DNA of 64,000 bases from Candidatus Moraniibacteriota bacterium. GTDB taxonomy: Bacteria; Patescibacteriota; Minisyncoccia; Moranbacterales; UBA1568. The position numbers were made by a program, and so were the translations under genes. The first letter of the stretch is position 1. The number at the start of each line of letters is the position of its first letter. The notes under the pieces were generated by a model. The model did no database searches and had not been told where the DNA came from. It saw only the letters and a list, made by a program, of their open reading frames with translations. The stretch covers positions 19,268 through 83,267 of the forward strand of contig JBAQEZ010000002.1 in the NCBI GenBank assembly GCA_049287005.1, written 5' to 3'. This document shows positions 55,442 to 64,000 of this stretch, one piece after another.

Positions 55442-56173
55442 ATGAAAAAGTCTCGTATCGGCATTATGGGATCGGTGGCGGCGGGTATCTTACTGGCCGT
55501 TGTGCTGGGCATGTATATATTGCGCTCGCCTCATGATATTCCCCAGGGAGCGTGCACGAAGGAGGCCATGTTTTGCCCCGATGGTTCGGCTGTCGGTCGG
55601 ACTGGTCCAGCGTGCGCCTTTGCTCCGTGTCCTGATCTGCCGAAAGAAATCAGTACGCCGGAACTGGTGCCACCGCTCGATCGAGCGAAGGAGCGGGTGA
55701 CCAAGAAACCTTTCGGCATTTTCATTGATCCTCAGACTTCGCCGGTACAGCCGGAGCGCTTTCGCGGTTATCACACGGGGACGGATTTCGAAACTTTTCC
55801 TGACGAGAGCGCGAGCGACGTTGCGGTGCATGCGGCCTGTGCAGGGACGCTCGGGATGAAGCAGCACGTTTCCGGCTACGGCGGCATCCTCGTGGAGCGC
55901 TGCGTATTGGACGGCAAATCGGTGTCGATTGTTTATGGTCATATAGCGCTCGGGAGCGTGACGGCGCAGGTCGGCGATGCTCTCGAACAGGGGAGCCTGC
56001 TCGGAGTGTTGGGTGCGGCCAGGAGCGCCGATACGGACGGAGAACGCAAGCACCTGCACTTCGGAATATTCAAAGGTGGTGTAGCAGACATCCGTGGATA
56101 CGTCGCTTCGCAACAGGAACTTAAACAGTGGAGCGATCCTTGCCTTTTCGTCTGTACCGGAAAAAATGAATAA
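55442..56173 (+). CDS. membrane-anchored M23 (LytM) peptidase with N-terminal 4-Cys knob motif
   Basis: HxxxD (YHTGTD) and HxH (HLHFGI) M23 motifs. N-terminal TM then ACTKEAMFCPDGSAVGRTGPACAFAPCP. The track ORF starts at an upstream TTG. Confidence 0.7.
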   Translation: MKKSRIGIMGSVAAGILLAVVLGMYILRSPHDIPQGACTKEAMFCPDGSAVGRTGPACAFAPCPDLPKEISTPELVPPLDRAKERVTKKPFGIFIDPQTSPVQPERFRGYHTGTDFETFPDESASDVAVHAACAGTLGMKQHVSGYGGILVERCVLDGKSVSIVYGHIALGSVTAQVGDALEQGSLLGVLGAARSADTDGERKHLHFGIFKGGVADIRGYVASQQELKQWSDPCLFVCTGKNE

Positions 56174-56444
56174 GCAACATATGCCATCGTTCTTGATCGA
56201 CGTACGCACTCCGGAAGAATATGCGGAACATCACGCCGCCGGCGCGGTGAATATTCCTATGGAAGAGATTTTTGACGGGAAGCTGGGCGTACTGGCGGAT
56301 ACCAAAAAAGATACGCCGCTTTGCCTCTACTGCCGTTCCGGTAATCGTTCGGAGCGCGCCAAAGAGATGCTCTCGTCCCTCGGTTACACCGACATCCGCA
56401 ATCTGGGCGGAGTGGAGGATGCGCAACGCTTTTCTATCGAATAA
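56166..56444 (+). CDS. single-domain rhodanese-like sulfurtransferase
   Basis: Active-site loop YCRSGNRS. 8-bp overlap with the preceding gene. Confidence 0.7.
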   Translation: MNKQHMPSFLIDVRTPEEYAEHHAAGAVNIPMEEIFDGKLGVLADTKKDTPLCLYCRSGNRSERAKEMLSSLGYTDIRNLGGVEDAQRFSIE

Positions 56445-56457
56445 AGGGACATCTGTG

Positions 56458-57888
56458 ATGAAGTCAGGCGGTAAAAATTTTTGGCGCTGGTGCGGGATTT
56501 TTTTCAGAGTTTTTTTGTGGACTCTGCTTTTGCTTGCGGCCGTTTTCGCTTTTTTCTCTCTTCGTCAGCGCGGAGGCGGTACCGCGCTGTATCACGCGAA
56601 CCTCTCCCCGCAAGAAGCAGTGTCTATTACGGGCACAGGTTCGATGTTTCCGACTTTTCCCAAAGGCACGAGCGCCAAAATTTCTGATTGGGCCAATGAA
56701 ATCGTCGCGACACCGCTCATGTACCGGTACGCCGATTATCGGCAGCTGGTCGGGCGCGGCGATATCGTTTCGTTTTCCAACGACAAGACGGCGGAGCTCA
56801 TCACGGCGAAGTATGGCGAAGCACAGCGGGGGAGCGGATTCGTGAAACGCGTCATCGGTCTCCCTGGGGATACGCTGGAAATCAAGGATGGTTTCGTGTG
56901 GATCAACGGCGCGATCCTACAGGAGCCGTACACGGCGGCGCGCCGCTCGACGTTCGGCGGTCCGGCCATCAAAGAATGCGAGGCGGTGACGATTCCGGAA
57001 GGGAGTCTGGCGGTTTTGGGTGACAACCGGAAGGGCAGCGATGATTCGCGCTATGAGCTCGGACTGATCCGTCTCGCGGATATCGATCACATCTTGCCGT
57101 TTGCCGAACAGGGCGAGTATCAGGGCTTGTGGCGCACGCTCGCTGCGGAAAATAAGCATGACGCCGATCAGCCGACGCTTGACATCGATCAGTATGTCGG
57201 TTTGCTCAACCAGAAACGCATCGCGGAAAACGTCGGTCCTTTGAAGTACAACGCCAAGCTGGCAGCCTCAGCCCAAAAGAGGGCTGACGTGATTATCCGG
57301 AACGATGACTTCAGTTATGAAGGAGAGAAAAGCGGCGGCTATACCATGAGCGATGCGCTCAAGGAAGTCGGCTACGCGAACGTCATCTGGAATGAAGCTT
57401 TTGCGGAAGGTTATTATACGGCCGATGAACTGCTCGGCTATTATATGGAATCCAAGAGTTGGCAGCAGCTTTTTCTCGATAAGCGATATCAGGACGTCGG
57501 TCTGTCGGTAGAGCTCGGCGTGATCAACCATTGTCCGGTGCAGGTGATCGTTCATCATGTGGGCGGCTATGTGCCGCCGCACTATGCGGCGAGCGACATC
57601 CGGAGTTGGAAAAAATTACTCAAAAACATGGAAAGCATCCGGTCCGGATGGAAAGAGTGGGACGCTGCGCAGGATTTTTATCAGGAGTATAAGGGCGATA
57701 TCAAACGGATCAACGAGATTATCGGCATCCGCATCCAGAATAGCCAGGCGATCATTGCTCGGATGGAAGCCGATCAGTGGCTCACTGCCACAGAGGAGCA
57801 GATGGTCAAAGATGATCGCGCTTTGGGCGAAGAGCTCAATCATCTGATCGAGAAGATCAACAAAAAAGCGAGGCAGTACGGGACTTGA
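56458..57888 (+). CDS. lepB: signal peptidase I (S26) fused to a C-terminal CAP/SCP-like domain and helical tail
   Basis: S26 boxes: SMFPTF (Ser), RVIGLPGD, VLGDNRKGSDDSRY (Lys/Ser-Lys dyad context). C-terminal about 200 aa with a CAP-like …GYANVIWNEAF… / …HCPVQVIVHHVGGY… pattern. Confidence 0.65.
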   Translation: MKSGGKNFWRWCGIFFRVFLWTLLLLAAVFAFFSLRQRGGGTALYHANLSPQEAVSITGTGSMFPTFPKGTSAKISDWANEIVATPLMYRYADYRQLVGRGDIVSFSNDKTAELITAKYGEAQRGSGFVKRVIGLPGDTLEIKDGFVWINGAILQEPYTAARRSTFGGPAIKECEAVTIPEGSLAVLGDNRKGSDDSRYELGLIRLADIDHILPFAEQGEYQGLWRTLAAENKHDADQPTLDIDQYVGLLNQKRIAENVGPLKYNAKLAASAQKRADVIIRNDDFSYEGEKSGGYTMSDALKEVGYANVIWNEAFAEGYYTADELLGYYMESKSWQQLFLDKRYQDVGLSVELGVINHCPVQVIVHHVGGYVPPHYAASDIRSWKKLLKNMESIRSGWKEWDAAQDFYQEYKGDIKRINEIIGIRIQNSQAIIARMEADQWLTATEEQMVKDDRALGEELNHLIEKINKKARQYGT

Positions 57889-57931
57889 CCCGCGGGTGTA
57901 TAATGGAAGTGTAAATAGTAATACTCTTCAT

Positions 57932-58333
57932 ATGAAAAAAGGATACTGCGGCAACATTGAGAAGCTGACGATCGAGAACAAAAATTTCCGTCAGGTGCTT
58001 TACACGGCCGAACACTGCCAGTTGGTGCTGATGTCGCTTCTGCCAGGCGAGGAAATTGGTCTCGAGACGCACGCCGGCAATGATCAATTTCTCCGCTTTG
58101 AGCAAGGGGAGGGAAAGGTTGTCATTAATGAGAGCGAATATACCGTCGGTGACGGTGATAGCGTCATCGTCCCCTCCGGAGCGCGGCACAACGTGATCAA
58201 CACGTCGGCGACCGCTGAGCTGAAACTGTATACGATTTATGCTCCCGCGCATCACCAGGACGGCATGGTGCGCGCGTCGCGCGCGGAAGCGGTAGCGGAT
58301 GACCCGGAGTTTGATGGTCAGACAACCGAATAA
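57932..58333 (+). CDS. cupin-domain protein
   Basis: Two-motif cupin pattern (…ETHAGNDQFLRFEQGEGKVVIN… / …VIVPSGARHNVINTS…). Confidence 0.55.
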   Translation: MKKGYCGNIEKLTIENKNFRQVLYTAEHCQLVLMSLLPGEEIGLETHAGNDQFLRFEQGEGKVVINESEYTVGDGDSVIVPSGARHNVINTSATAELKLYTIYAPAHHQDGMVRASRAEAVADDPEFDGQTTE

Positions 58334-58337
58334 TCTT

Positions 58338-58730
58338 ATGCGGCAGGGAAGAGTGCATCGTTTTTTGAGGGGACGGAGGCGTGTCGACTACTGGTCTGTG
58401 CCGCACTTCCTTTTCGGTACGGTGACGGCTCTCTTCACTATCGTTTTTGTGTTGCCGGCAGGATCCATGTTGCTCGTGACGGCAGCCCTCGCGATTTTTT
58501 GGGAGCTTTTGGAAAAACGCTTGGGGTTGCGCGAGGGGGAGGGGAATAGCGTCACTGATGTGTTGCTTGCGCTGTTCAGTTTTGGTATCACTTTTGCTCT
58601 GATTGATCGGACAGATCCGAATCCGGAACATCACAGCGCTCTCCTGATCGTGACCGTCATCTTGTACCTCTCTGTGAATTTCTTTGCGTGGCGCGCTCGT
58701 TTCGATCACGACCGCGAATTTCAGGGATGA
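58338..58730 (+). CDS. hypothetical membrane protein (3-4 TM)
   Basis: Hydrophobic helices. Start moved downstream of the cupin stop. Confidence 0.35.
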   Translation: MRQGRVHRFLRGRRRVDYWSVPHFLFGTVTALFTIVFVLPAGSMLLVTAALAIFWELLEKRLGLREGEGNSVTDVLLALFSFGITFALIDRTDPNPEHHSALLIVTVILYLSVNFFAWRARFDHDREFQG

Positions 58731-58772
58731 TGACTATCGCGATGCAGTGTGGTGTATACTGTATTCAGACGT

Positions 58773-59159
58773 ATGGAAAAGAATGATATTTGGAGAAAAA
58801 AGAAGGTGTGCATCATCGACGATGACCAGGATATCTGCGAGATATATCTGATGAAGTTTCGGTTGGAAGGATTTGATGTCGCCGTAGCGACCAACGGCGA
58901 GGAGGGCTTGAAAATGATCCGTGAGACAGAGCCGGATGTCATTTTGCTCGACATAGAAATGCCCGTGATGAATGGCATAGAGGTGTTGGCAGCTCTGCGC
59001 AAAGACCCGGTATGCGGCAAGATCCCTGTCATCATGCTGACCAATCAGGACAATGAAGGCGCGTACAAAGAAGTCGGACAATTCAATACGCGTTTCTATA
59101 TCATCAAATCTCTCGCTACTCCGCAAAAAGTCGTGGATCTCGTACGCGAAGTATTGTGA
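58773..59159 (+). CDS. orphan response regulator, receiver (REC) domain only
   Basis: CheY-like DD…D…T…K pattern (VCIIDDDQDI…VILLDIEMP…IMLT…). No output domain. Confidence 0.7.
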   Translation: MEKNDIWRKKKVCIIDDDQDICEIYLMKFRLEGFDVAVATNGEEGLKMIRETEPDVILLDIEMPVMNGIEVLAALRKDPVCGKIPVIMLTNQDNEGAYKEVGQFNTRFYIIKSLATPQKVVDLVREVL

Positions 59160-59251
59160 GCGGTACGGAACATGGTTCTCGGGATGCAGATATTATAAAA
59201 GGCTTAAGGAAGCCATCGATGTGGAGACTGGAACGGAGAGGATGAGGGGGA

Positions 59252-59280
59252 TTGACAGAATACGGAGAATAAGCTATAAT
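59252..59280 (+). promoter_or_regulatory. perfect consensus promoter TTGACA-17 bp-TATAAT upstream of cspA, with a 5'UTR of about 60-70 nt
   Basis: Exact hexamers and spacer read from the sequence. Confidence 0.5.
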
Positions 59281-59349
59281 GGAGCCGTGTAGTAGACACA
59301 GGAAACAGAGTCGAGTTTTCGCGGTATTAAGCAATCGTAAACAAATCGT

Positions 59350-59547
59350 ATGCAAGGAACTATCAAAACCCTTACGGACAGAGGATTTGGATTCATCTCT
59401 CGCGAAGGCGAAGAGAAGGATCTCTTTTTTCACTCCAAGGAATTGGTCGGTGTTACCTATGACGAATTGAAAGTAGGCGACACTGTCTCTTTCGAAGTCG
59501 TGAATGGTGAAAAAGGCCCAGCAGCTACAGGCGTATCTCGCGTGTAA
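59350..59547 (+). CDS. cspA: cold-shock protein (CspA family, S1-like OB fold)
   Basis: RNP1/RNP2 motifs (RGFGFI, FFHS). 65 aa. Confidence 0.9.
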   Translation: MQGTIKTLTDRGFGFISREGEEKDLFFHSKELVGVTYDELKVGDTVSFEVVNGEKGPAATGVSRV

Positions 59548-59565
59548 TTGTGAATCTTTCAAAAG

Positions 59566-59589
59566 CACCCTCTTCGGAGGGTGTTTTTT
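59566..59589 (+). terminator. rho-independent terminator after cspA (GCACCCTC-ttcg-GAGGGTG + T6)
   Basis: Hairpin followed by a T6 tract. Confidence 0.55.
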
Positions 59590-59691
59590 GTTTGGCGTAT
59601 CCTATGAAATCATTTTGTAGAACACAATTCCTGCAGAGCAGGATTGAACCGGGTGTATAATAAAGGCAGAGGCAAGAAGGAATAATTTATT

Positions 59692-60132
59692 TTGCTCAAT
59701 ACGAAAAATATGACTATACCACTCTGGAGCATCGTCACGCTCGTGGCGGAGATCGGCGTGACAGCGGCAGTGTTTCATATCATTTGGAAGGGCGTCGCGG
59801 AGGTGCGCTTCAACCGGCCATTGGCGTTCGGGGTGCTGGCTTATGAGGTGCTGTTCAATATCTCGTACATGCTGGGGCGCACGCTGGAACACGCCAATGA
59901 GAAGCCGGTTGTCGCGGAGAAATCCGGCGTGGCCGCGCTGGCTATCTTTCACGGCGTCTTTTCGCTCGTGATGTTCGTGGCGCTGGTAGCTTTTTTCTTG
60001 GTGGCGGCGAACCGCTATGCCAAGGGCGAGAATTTTTTCCTGCACCATCATCGTCTGACATCGGTCTTCCTCTCTGCTTGGGGGGTATCGGTGCTCTCGG
60101 GCGTTTTCTTCTTCGTCCGGCTCTATCTGTGA
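59692..60132 (+). CDS. hypothetical membrane protein (4 TM)
   Basis: Hydrophobicity pattern only. Confidence 0.4.
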   Translation: MLNTKNMTIPLWSIVTLVAEIGVTAAVFHIIWKGVAEVRFNRPLAFGVLAYEVLFNISYMLGRTLEHANEKPVVAEKSGVAALAIFHGVFSLVMFVALVAFFLVAANRYAKGENFFLHHHRLTSVFLSAWGVSVLSGVFFFVRLYL

Positions 60133-60339
60133 TCTGAAAAGCAAAAAGCCCTCAATGCGGGAGGGCGGCTGAGTCCCTTGAAAAAGATTAACGGAAAAAA
60201 TATATTTTTCCCTGAAATCCAGGTGGGTCTCAATTTTGCGCAGTCCTTTCTGAAGGCTTTTCATCTCGAGTATAGCACATCATGCTGCAAGACCAGTATT
60301 GCCGCGCGGAACGAAAGAGTGTATAATGTACTCACTACT

Positions 60340-60741
60340 ATGAAGTCTTTGAAAAAACTCATTACTGGAAGCTTGATCATAGTCCTCGCATCACTTGTGG
60401 GTAGTTTCTGCATGCACCCGATGGTGGCGCAAGCGGCTCCTGGAGATATGGCGATGAGCGTATCGCCGTATGGCGCTGTCGCGGACACCGGGGGATGTCT
60501 TGTTCCGTCAGGCGATGCCATCTCCCACGCGATCAATACCTGTACTTCTGATTGTGTGACTCAGGTGCCGCAAACGATCAATGCCAAGAAAGTCGCCGTT
60601 GATAATGCGCAGAATTTCACGGTGCCTGTGTCTGGTGATCAGCAGGAGCAATTCTCAGAATTATTTTCAGAAGCGGTGAGTTTCTCTGGGACTCATCCTC
60701 CTTCCCCGGACATCCTTTTTTCCGTTTTCAAGAAAGAATAA
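60340..60741 (+). CDS. hypothetical secreted Cys-containing small protein
   Basis: Signal peptide (MKSLKKLITGSLIIVLASLVGSFC…AQA) then a Cys-bearing domain. Start trimmed within the track ORF. Confidence 0.35.
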   Translation: MKSLKKLITGSLIIVLASLVGSFCMHPMVAQAAPGDMAMSVSPYGAVADTGGCLVPSGDAISHAINTCTSDCVTQVPQTINAKKVAVDNAQNFTVPVSGDQQEQFSELFSEAVSFSGTHPPSPDILFSVFKKE

Positions 60742-60859
60742 AGTTTTTTCATGACGCTCTGCAAAAGATAAGAGGGATTATTATTGTTCTTTTGGGGCGT
60801 CAGGGTACCATTTCTTCGTATTTGAGAAATGGTTTTTTATGTGTAACAATACAAAATAT

Positions 60860-62692
60860 ATGAACAAGACAACTATCGATATCGCCGGGATGCATTGCCG
60901 CTCGTGCGAGATATTGATCGAAGACAAACTGACTCAGATTGCCGGTGTTCAGAGAGCCGTGGTGAATTATAAAAAAGGAACCGCGGAGATTCACTATGGA
61001 GCAAAACAGCTGAATATGAACGCTGTTGACCTTGCCGTGAGGGAGGCGGGATACTCTTTCGGACAGCAGAACGGAACGAAAGGGAAAGGAGCTCTTTTCA
61101 GTAAAAATCCTCAAGATTACAAAGATTTGTTTGTGGCCGCTCTTGTTCTCATCGGCCTCTATCTGATTCTGAAAAATCTCGGACTGACCAGTATCAATGT
61201 AGGCGGATCCGCGTCAAATCCTTCGAGCTTGCCGGTCATTTTTCTGGTCGGATTGACGGCAGGACTTTCGACATGTATGGCGCTGGTTGGCGGTTTGATT
61301 TTGGGTATTTCCGCTCGGCATGCCGAGTTGCATCCCGAGGCGACTCCGATGCAGAAATTCCGACCTCATTTATTTTTCAACGCAGGGCGTGTAGCGTCGT
61401 ATGCGCTCCTGGGCGGCACTCTCGGTTCGCTCGGATCACTCTTCCAGCTTTCTGGCGGTACTTTGGGTGTGTTGACTATCGTCGTGGGAGTGGTGATGCT
61501 GATGCTCGGGATGAAACTGATAGGAATATTTCCGAGAATGGAAAATGGCGGACTGATGCTTCCGAAGGGAATCAGTAGGTTTCTGGGAATCAAAAAGCAT
61601 CATGACAAAGAGTATAGCCACCGGGGCTCGATGATTACGGGTGCACTGACATTCTTCCTTCCCTGCGGATTCACGCAGGCGATGCAGCTCTACGCGATCA
61701 GCACCGGCAGTTTCACGCAGGGTGCGTTGATCATGGGAATATTCGCGCTCGGCACTGCGCCGGGATTGCTCGGTGTCGGTGGTCTGACCTCGGTGATCAA
61801 GGGAGTCTTCGCCCAGCGCTTTTTCAAGTTTGCCGGAATCCTCGTGATTTTCCTGGCAGTGTTCAACATTGCCAATGGATACAATCTGACGGGGTGGCAG
61901 TTGGGATCGGGCTCCGGTACGCAGAGCGCAGACACGCTTGTCGCGAATGATCCGAACGTGAAACTGGAAAATGGTGTGCAGGTTGTGCGTATGACCGAAG
62001 GGGCATCAGGATATGCACCGAACAAATTCACGATTCGCAAAGGCGTACCGGTCAGGTGGATCATCGATGCTCAATCGCCGTATTCGTGTGCCAGCAGCAT
62101 CATGATGTCCAAGTTCGGAATCAAGAAAAGCCTGAAGGCAGGTGAAAACGTCATCGAGTTCACGCCGACCGAGACCGGAGCTATTCCTTTCTCGTGTTCA
62201 ATGGGTATGTATACTGGTGTATTTACGGTTGTCGATAACCAAGGAGTCGGATCGGCAACGAGTACTTCAAATGCTGCAGGATCAGCCCCAACAGCAGGTT
62301 CTTGCGGCGGCGGAACAGGTGGGGGCTGCGGCGGATGTGGCGGTGGAAAGTCCGTGACACCAACAGTAGGATCGGTGCAAAGCGCGCCATCAACTGGTGG
62401 CGCCGTGACGCCAGCGACTGAACAGATCATCAATACGACGTATACCTACGCGAACGATATTCAGCCGAATACGTTCAAGGTAAAAGCCGGACAGCCGGTC
62501 AGGTTTGTCGTTGATGTGAAAGAAGACGGAGCAGGCTGTATGAGTACGATCATGATTCCCGGGCTCTCGAGCCAGCCACAATTGCTGCAAAAAGGCAGCA
62601 AGCTGGAAATGACGTTTACGCCGGAGAAGAAGGGTGTCTACAACATCACGTGCGCTATGGGCGTACCGCGAGGGACGCTGACTGTCGAATAA
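60860..62692 (+). CDS. multidomain copper-handling protein: HMA metal-binding domain + DsbD/CcdA-like (paired-Cys) multi-TM core + Gly/Cys-rich linker + two cupredoxin-like domains with Cys/Met (no His) site
   Basis: GMHCRSC (MxCxxC) HMA motif. TM core with …LSTCMALVGG… and …FFLPCGFTQAM…. Linker SCGGGTGGGCGGCGGGKS. Two beta-sandwich repeats ending SCSMGMYTGVFTVVD and TCAMGVPRGTLTVE. Confidence 0.6.
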   Translation: MNKTTIDIAGMHCRSCEILIEDKLTQIAGVQRAVVNYKKGTAEIHYGAKQLNMNAVDLAVREAGYSFGQQNGTKGKGALFSKNPQDYKDLFVAALVLIGLYLILKNLGLTSINVGGSASNPSSLPVIFLVGLTAGLSTCMALVGGLILGISARHAELHPEATPMQKFRPHLFFNAGRVASYALLGGTLGSLGSLFQLSGGTLGVLTIVVGVVMLMLGMKLIGIFPRMENGGLMLPKGISRFLGIKKHHDKEYSHRGSMITGALTFFLPCGFTQAMQLYAISTGSFTQGALIMGIFALGTAPGLLGVGGLTSVIKGVFAQRFFKFAGILVIFLAVFNIANGYNLTGWQLGSGSGTQSADTLVANDPNVKLENGVQVVRMTEGASGYAPNKFTIRKGVPVRWIIDAQSPYSCASSIMMSKFGIKKSLKAGENVIEFTPTETGAIPFSCSMGMYTGVFTVVDNQGVGSATSTSNAAGSAPTAGSCGGGTGGGCGGCGGGKSVTPTVGSVQSAPSTGGAVTPATEQIINTTYTYANDIQPNTFKVKAGQPVRFVVDVKEDGAGCMSTIMIPGLSSQPQLLQKGSKLEMTFTPEKKGVYNITCAMGVPRGTLTVE

Positions 62693-62709
62693 TCAATGAC
62701 TTCAATACT

Positions 62710-62916
62710 ATGAACGCACAAATCTTCAAAATCGACGGTTTTCATTGTGAGGCATGCGTGAAAGTGTCAACCATGAAAATCAAAAAAATCAGCGATGTAG
62801 AGGATGTCACTATCGCACCAGACGGAACAGCTACAGTATGCGCCAGTCGAAGCATAACACTGGATGAGATATCCGGAGCACTCGATGGATTGGGGTATAC
62901 GGTCGCGGCTCTCTAA
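62710..62916 (+). CDS. copZ: HMA-domain copper chaperone (CopZ-like)
   Basis: GFHCEAC metal-binding motif in a ferredoxin-like fold of about 68 aa. Confidence 0.65.
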   Translation: MNAQIFKIDGFHCEACVKVSTMKIKKISDVEDVTIAPDGTATVCASRSITLDEISGALDGLGYTVAAL

Positions 62917-62946
62917 TCACGTCTAACTCAACTTGAATGAATTCGT

Positions 62947-64000
62947 ATGAAAAAGAAACTAGCTTTGCAGATTACAGGGATGCACTGTGTATCGTGTGAG
63001 ATCTTGACCAAAGAGGAGTTGAGCACCCTGTCCGGTGTCAGTGATATCGCGATCGATGCGAAACTGGGCACAGGGGAACTCGTACTCGAGAACGAGATGA
63101 ATTCCCGGCAAGATGTTATCGATGCCATCAAACGGGCGGGATATGGCGCCACCGTGACCACTGAAGAGGCCGTGGTTTCGGTTGCGTCACCTGCACAGGA
63201 GAATGAGATCGTTGTCACTCACAATGAAGTGAAAAACGACAAGCCGATCAAAATGAAACTGGAAACGAAAATCGAAGCCGAAGGGCGTATATTGGAGGGT
63301 ACGGATGGACACCCGTATTTCGAAGGAAAAATAAAAAATGACCGGAGTGCGGAATTCGATATCCCTTCGGGCGATAATGAGGCAAAAAGTTTTATTGATC
63401 AACTGGTAAAGACGGCCAGCTTGTCTCATCTGTTCGACACGGTTGTCGGCGGCGGAAAAAATGGTGTCCGAGTGGAAGAGCAGCTTGCGGCGAGCGGGAC
63501 AACCTCGACAGCCAGCGTGTCTGCGAAAGCGGGGGATCCGAACAAGCGCGTGAGTCTGTCGCTGTTTGGGATGCATTGTTCTTCGTGCGCGAACATCATC
63601 GAAAAACAGCTGAAGAAGGTTCCTGGGGTCAAGCAGGCCAATGTGAACTTTTCCGCTGAAAAGGCATCTATCCTTTTTGATGAAAGCGTTTCAAGTACGA
63701 AAATGCTTATGGACGCGATCGCCAAAGTCGGATATCGCGGAGAAGAAGTGGATGCCAAGGATACGGAATACGAGACGCGGAAACGTGAGAAGGAAATTTC
63801 TTCCTATTTCAGCAAATTCCTGTTCAGTTTCATTCTGAGTCTTCCGATGCTCTACTTCATGCTGTTGGATTTTTTCACGTGGCTGCCGGGGGAGGCGGCA
63901 TTCGCGCCGTATATCGGTGTATTCTCGTTGCTTTTGACTATCCCGATACAGTTCATTATCGGAGCTGGCTTCTACAAGGGCATGTGGTCGTCACTGAAGA
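62947..64000 (+). CDS. copA: copper-translocating P1B-type ATPase, N-terminal part (two HMA domains separated by an insert of about 110 aa, then first TM helices); continues beyond the window
   Basis: GMHCVSCE and GMHCSSCA HMA motifs. Membrane helices begin near the end of the window. No stop before 64000. Confidence 0.8.
   Translation, partial: MKKKLALQITGMHCVSCEILTKEELSTLSGVSDIAIDAKLGTGELVLENEMNSRQDVIDAIKRAGYGATVTTEEAVVSVASPAQENEIVVTHNEVKNDKPIKMKLETKIEAEGRILEGTDGHPYFEGKIKNDRSAEFDIPSGDNEAKSFIDQLVKTASLSHLFDTVVGGGKNGVRVEEQLAASGTTSTASVSAKAGDPNKRVSLSLFGMHCSSCANIIEKQLKKVPGVKQANVNFSAEKASILFDESVSSTKMLMDAIAKVGYRGEEVDAKDTEYETRKREKEISSYFSKFLFSFILSLPMLYFMLLDFFTWLPGEAAFAPYIGVFSLLLTIPIQFIIGAGFYKGMWSSLK

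Overview
This 64-kb window comes from a compact, gene-dense bacterial chromosome. GC content is about 50-55 %, and genes are mostly on the + strand with very short intergenic gaps and several 4-bp ATGA start/stop overlaps. Small housekeeping-only content, an RNase J with a long basic N-terminal extension, a short Rel enzyme, and groEL without an adjacent groES suggest a CPR/Patescibacteria-like organism, but this is inference only.

Recognisable content, in order along the window:
- A GDP-mannose gene set, split by other genes: PGI/PMI-type isomerase and manC near the start, and phosphomannomutase further on.
- tRNA-Leu under its own consensus promoter, then RNase J and trpS.
- ychF, groEL, a GspE/PilB secretion ATPase and a short RelA/SpoT enzyme.
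- A zur-znuACB zinc-uptake operon with a candidate autoregulatory operator.
- The conserved dprA-topA pair.
- A five-tRNA cluster (Ala, Ile, initiator Met, a second CAT tRNA, Asp) with a decayed tRNA fragment, all without any rRNA gene.
- queH, a PIN-PhoH2 protein next to a Pif1-like helicase, and two glycosyltransferases translationally coupled to a P-type ATPase.
- An ECF sigma factor with a membrane partner and a PepSY protein.
- A 3'-terminal copper locus (HMA-membrane-cupredoxin fusion, copZ, copA).

The most interesting region is an AT-rich island of about 5.4 kb at 40.64-46.03 kb, with about 36-40 % GC against flanks above 50 %. It has no integrase or transposase. It carries two apparent operons. 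The first is lexA, then (after a 1-bp gap) a 638-aa fusion of a PD-(D/E)xK nuclease domain to an N6-adenine methyltransferase (BcgI-A-like, or HsdM with an HSDR_N domain), then a NYN-domain RNase. The second is a 117-aa unknown protein, a two-TRD HsdS specificity subunit, and a small Myb/SANT-like protein. No HsdR helicase-nuclease is present. The NYN-plus-unknown pair sits between the M and S genes, in the same position that the anticodon nuclease PrrC occupies in classical type I loci. This is my best candidate for an undescribed composite defence system.

Other items worth a second look are listed in findings. They include tandem paralogous GIY-YIG genes bracketing a small cassette, a four-cysteine extracytoplasmic motif shared by two exported proteins, a signal peptidase I with a CAP-like C-terminal domain, several textbook-consensus promoters with adjacent palindromes, and a family of related intrinsic terminators. 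All coordinates for promoters, terminators and tRNAs were counted by hand and may be off by 1-2 nt.
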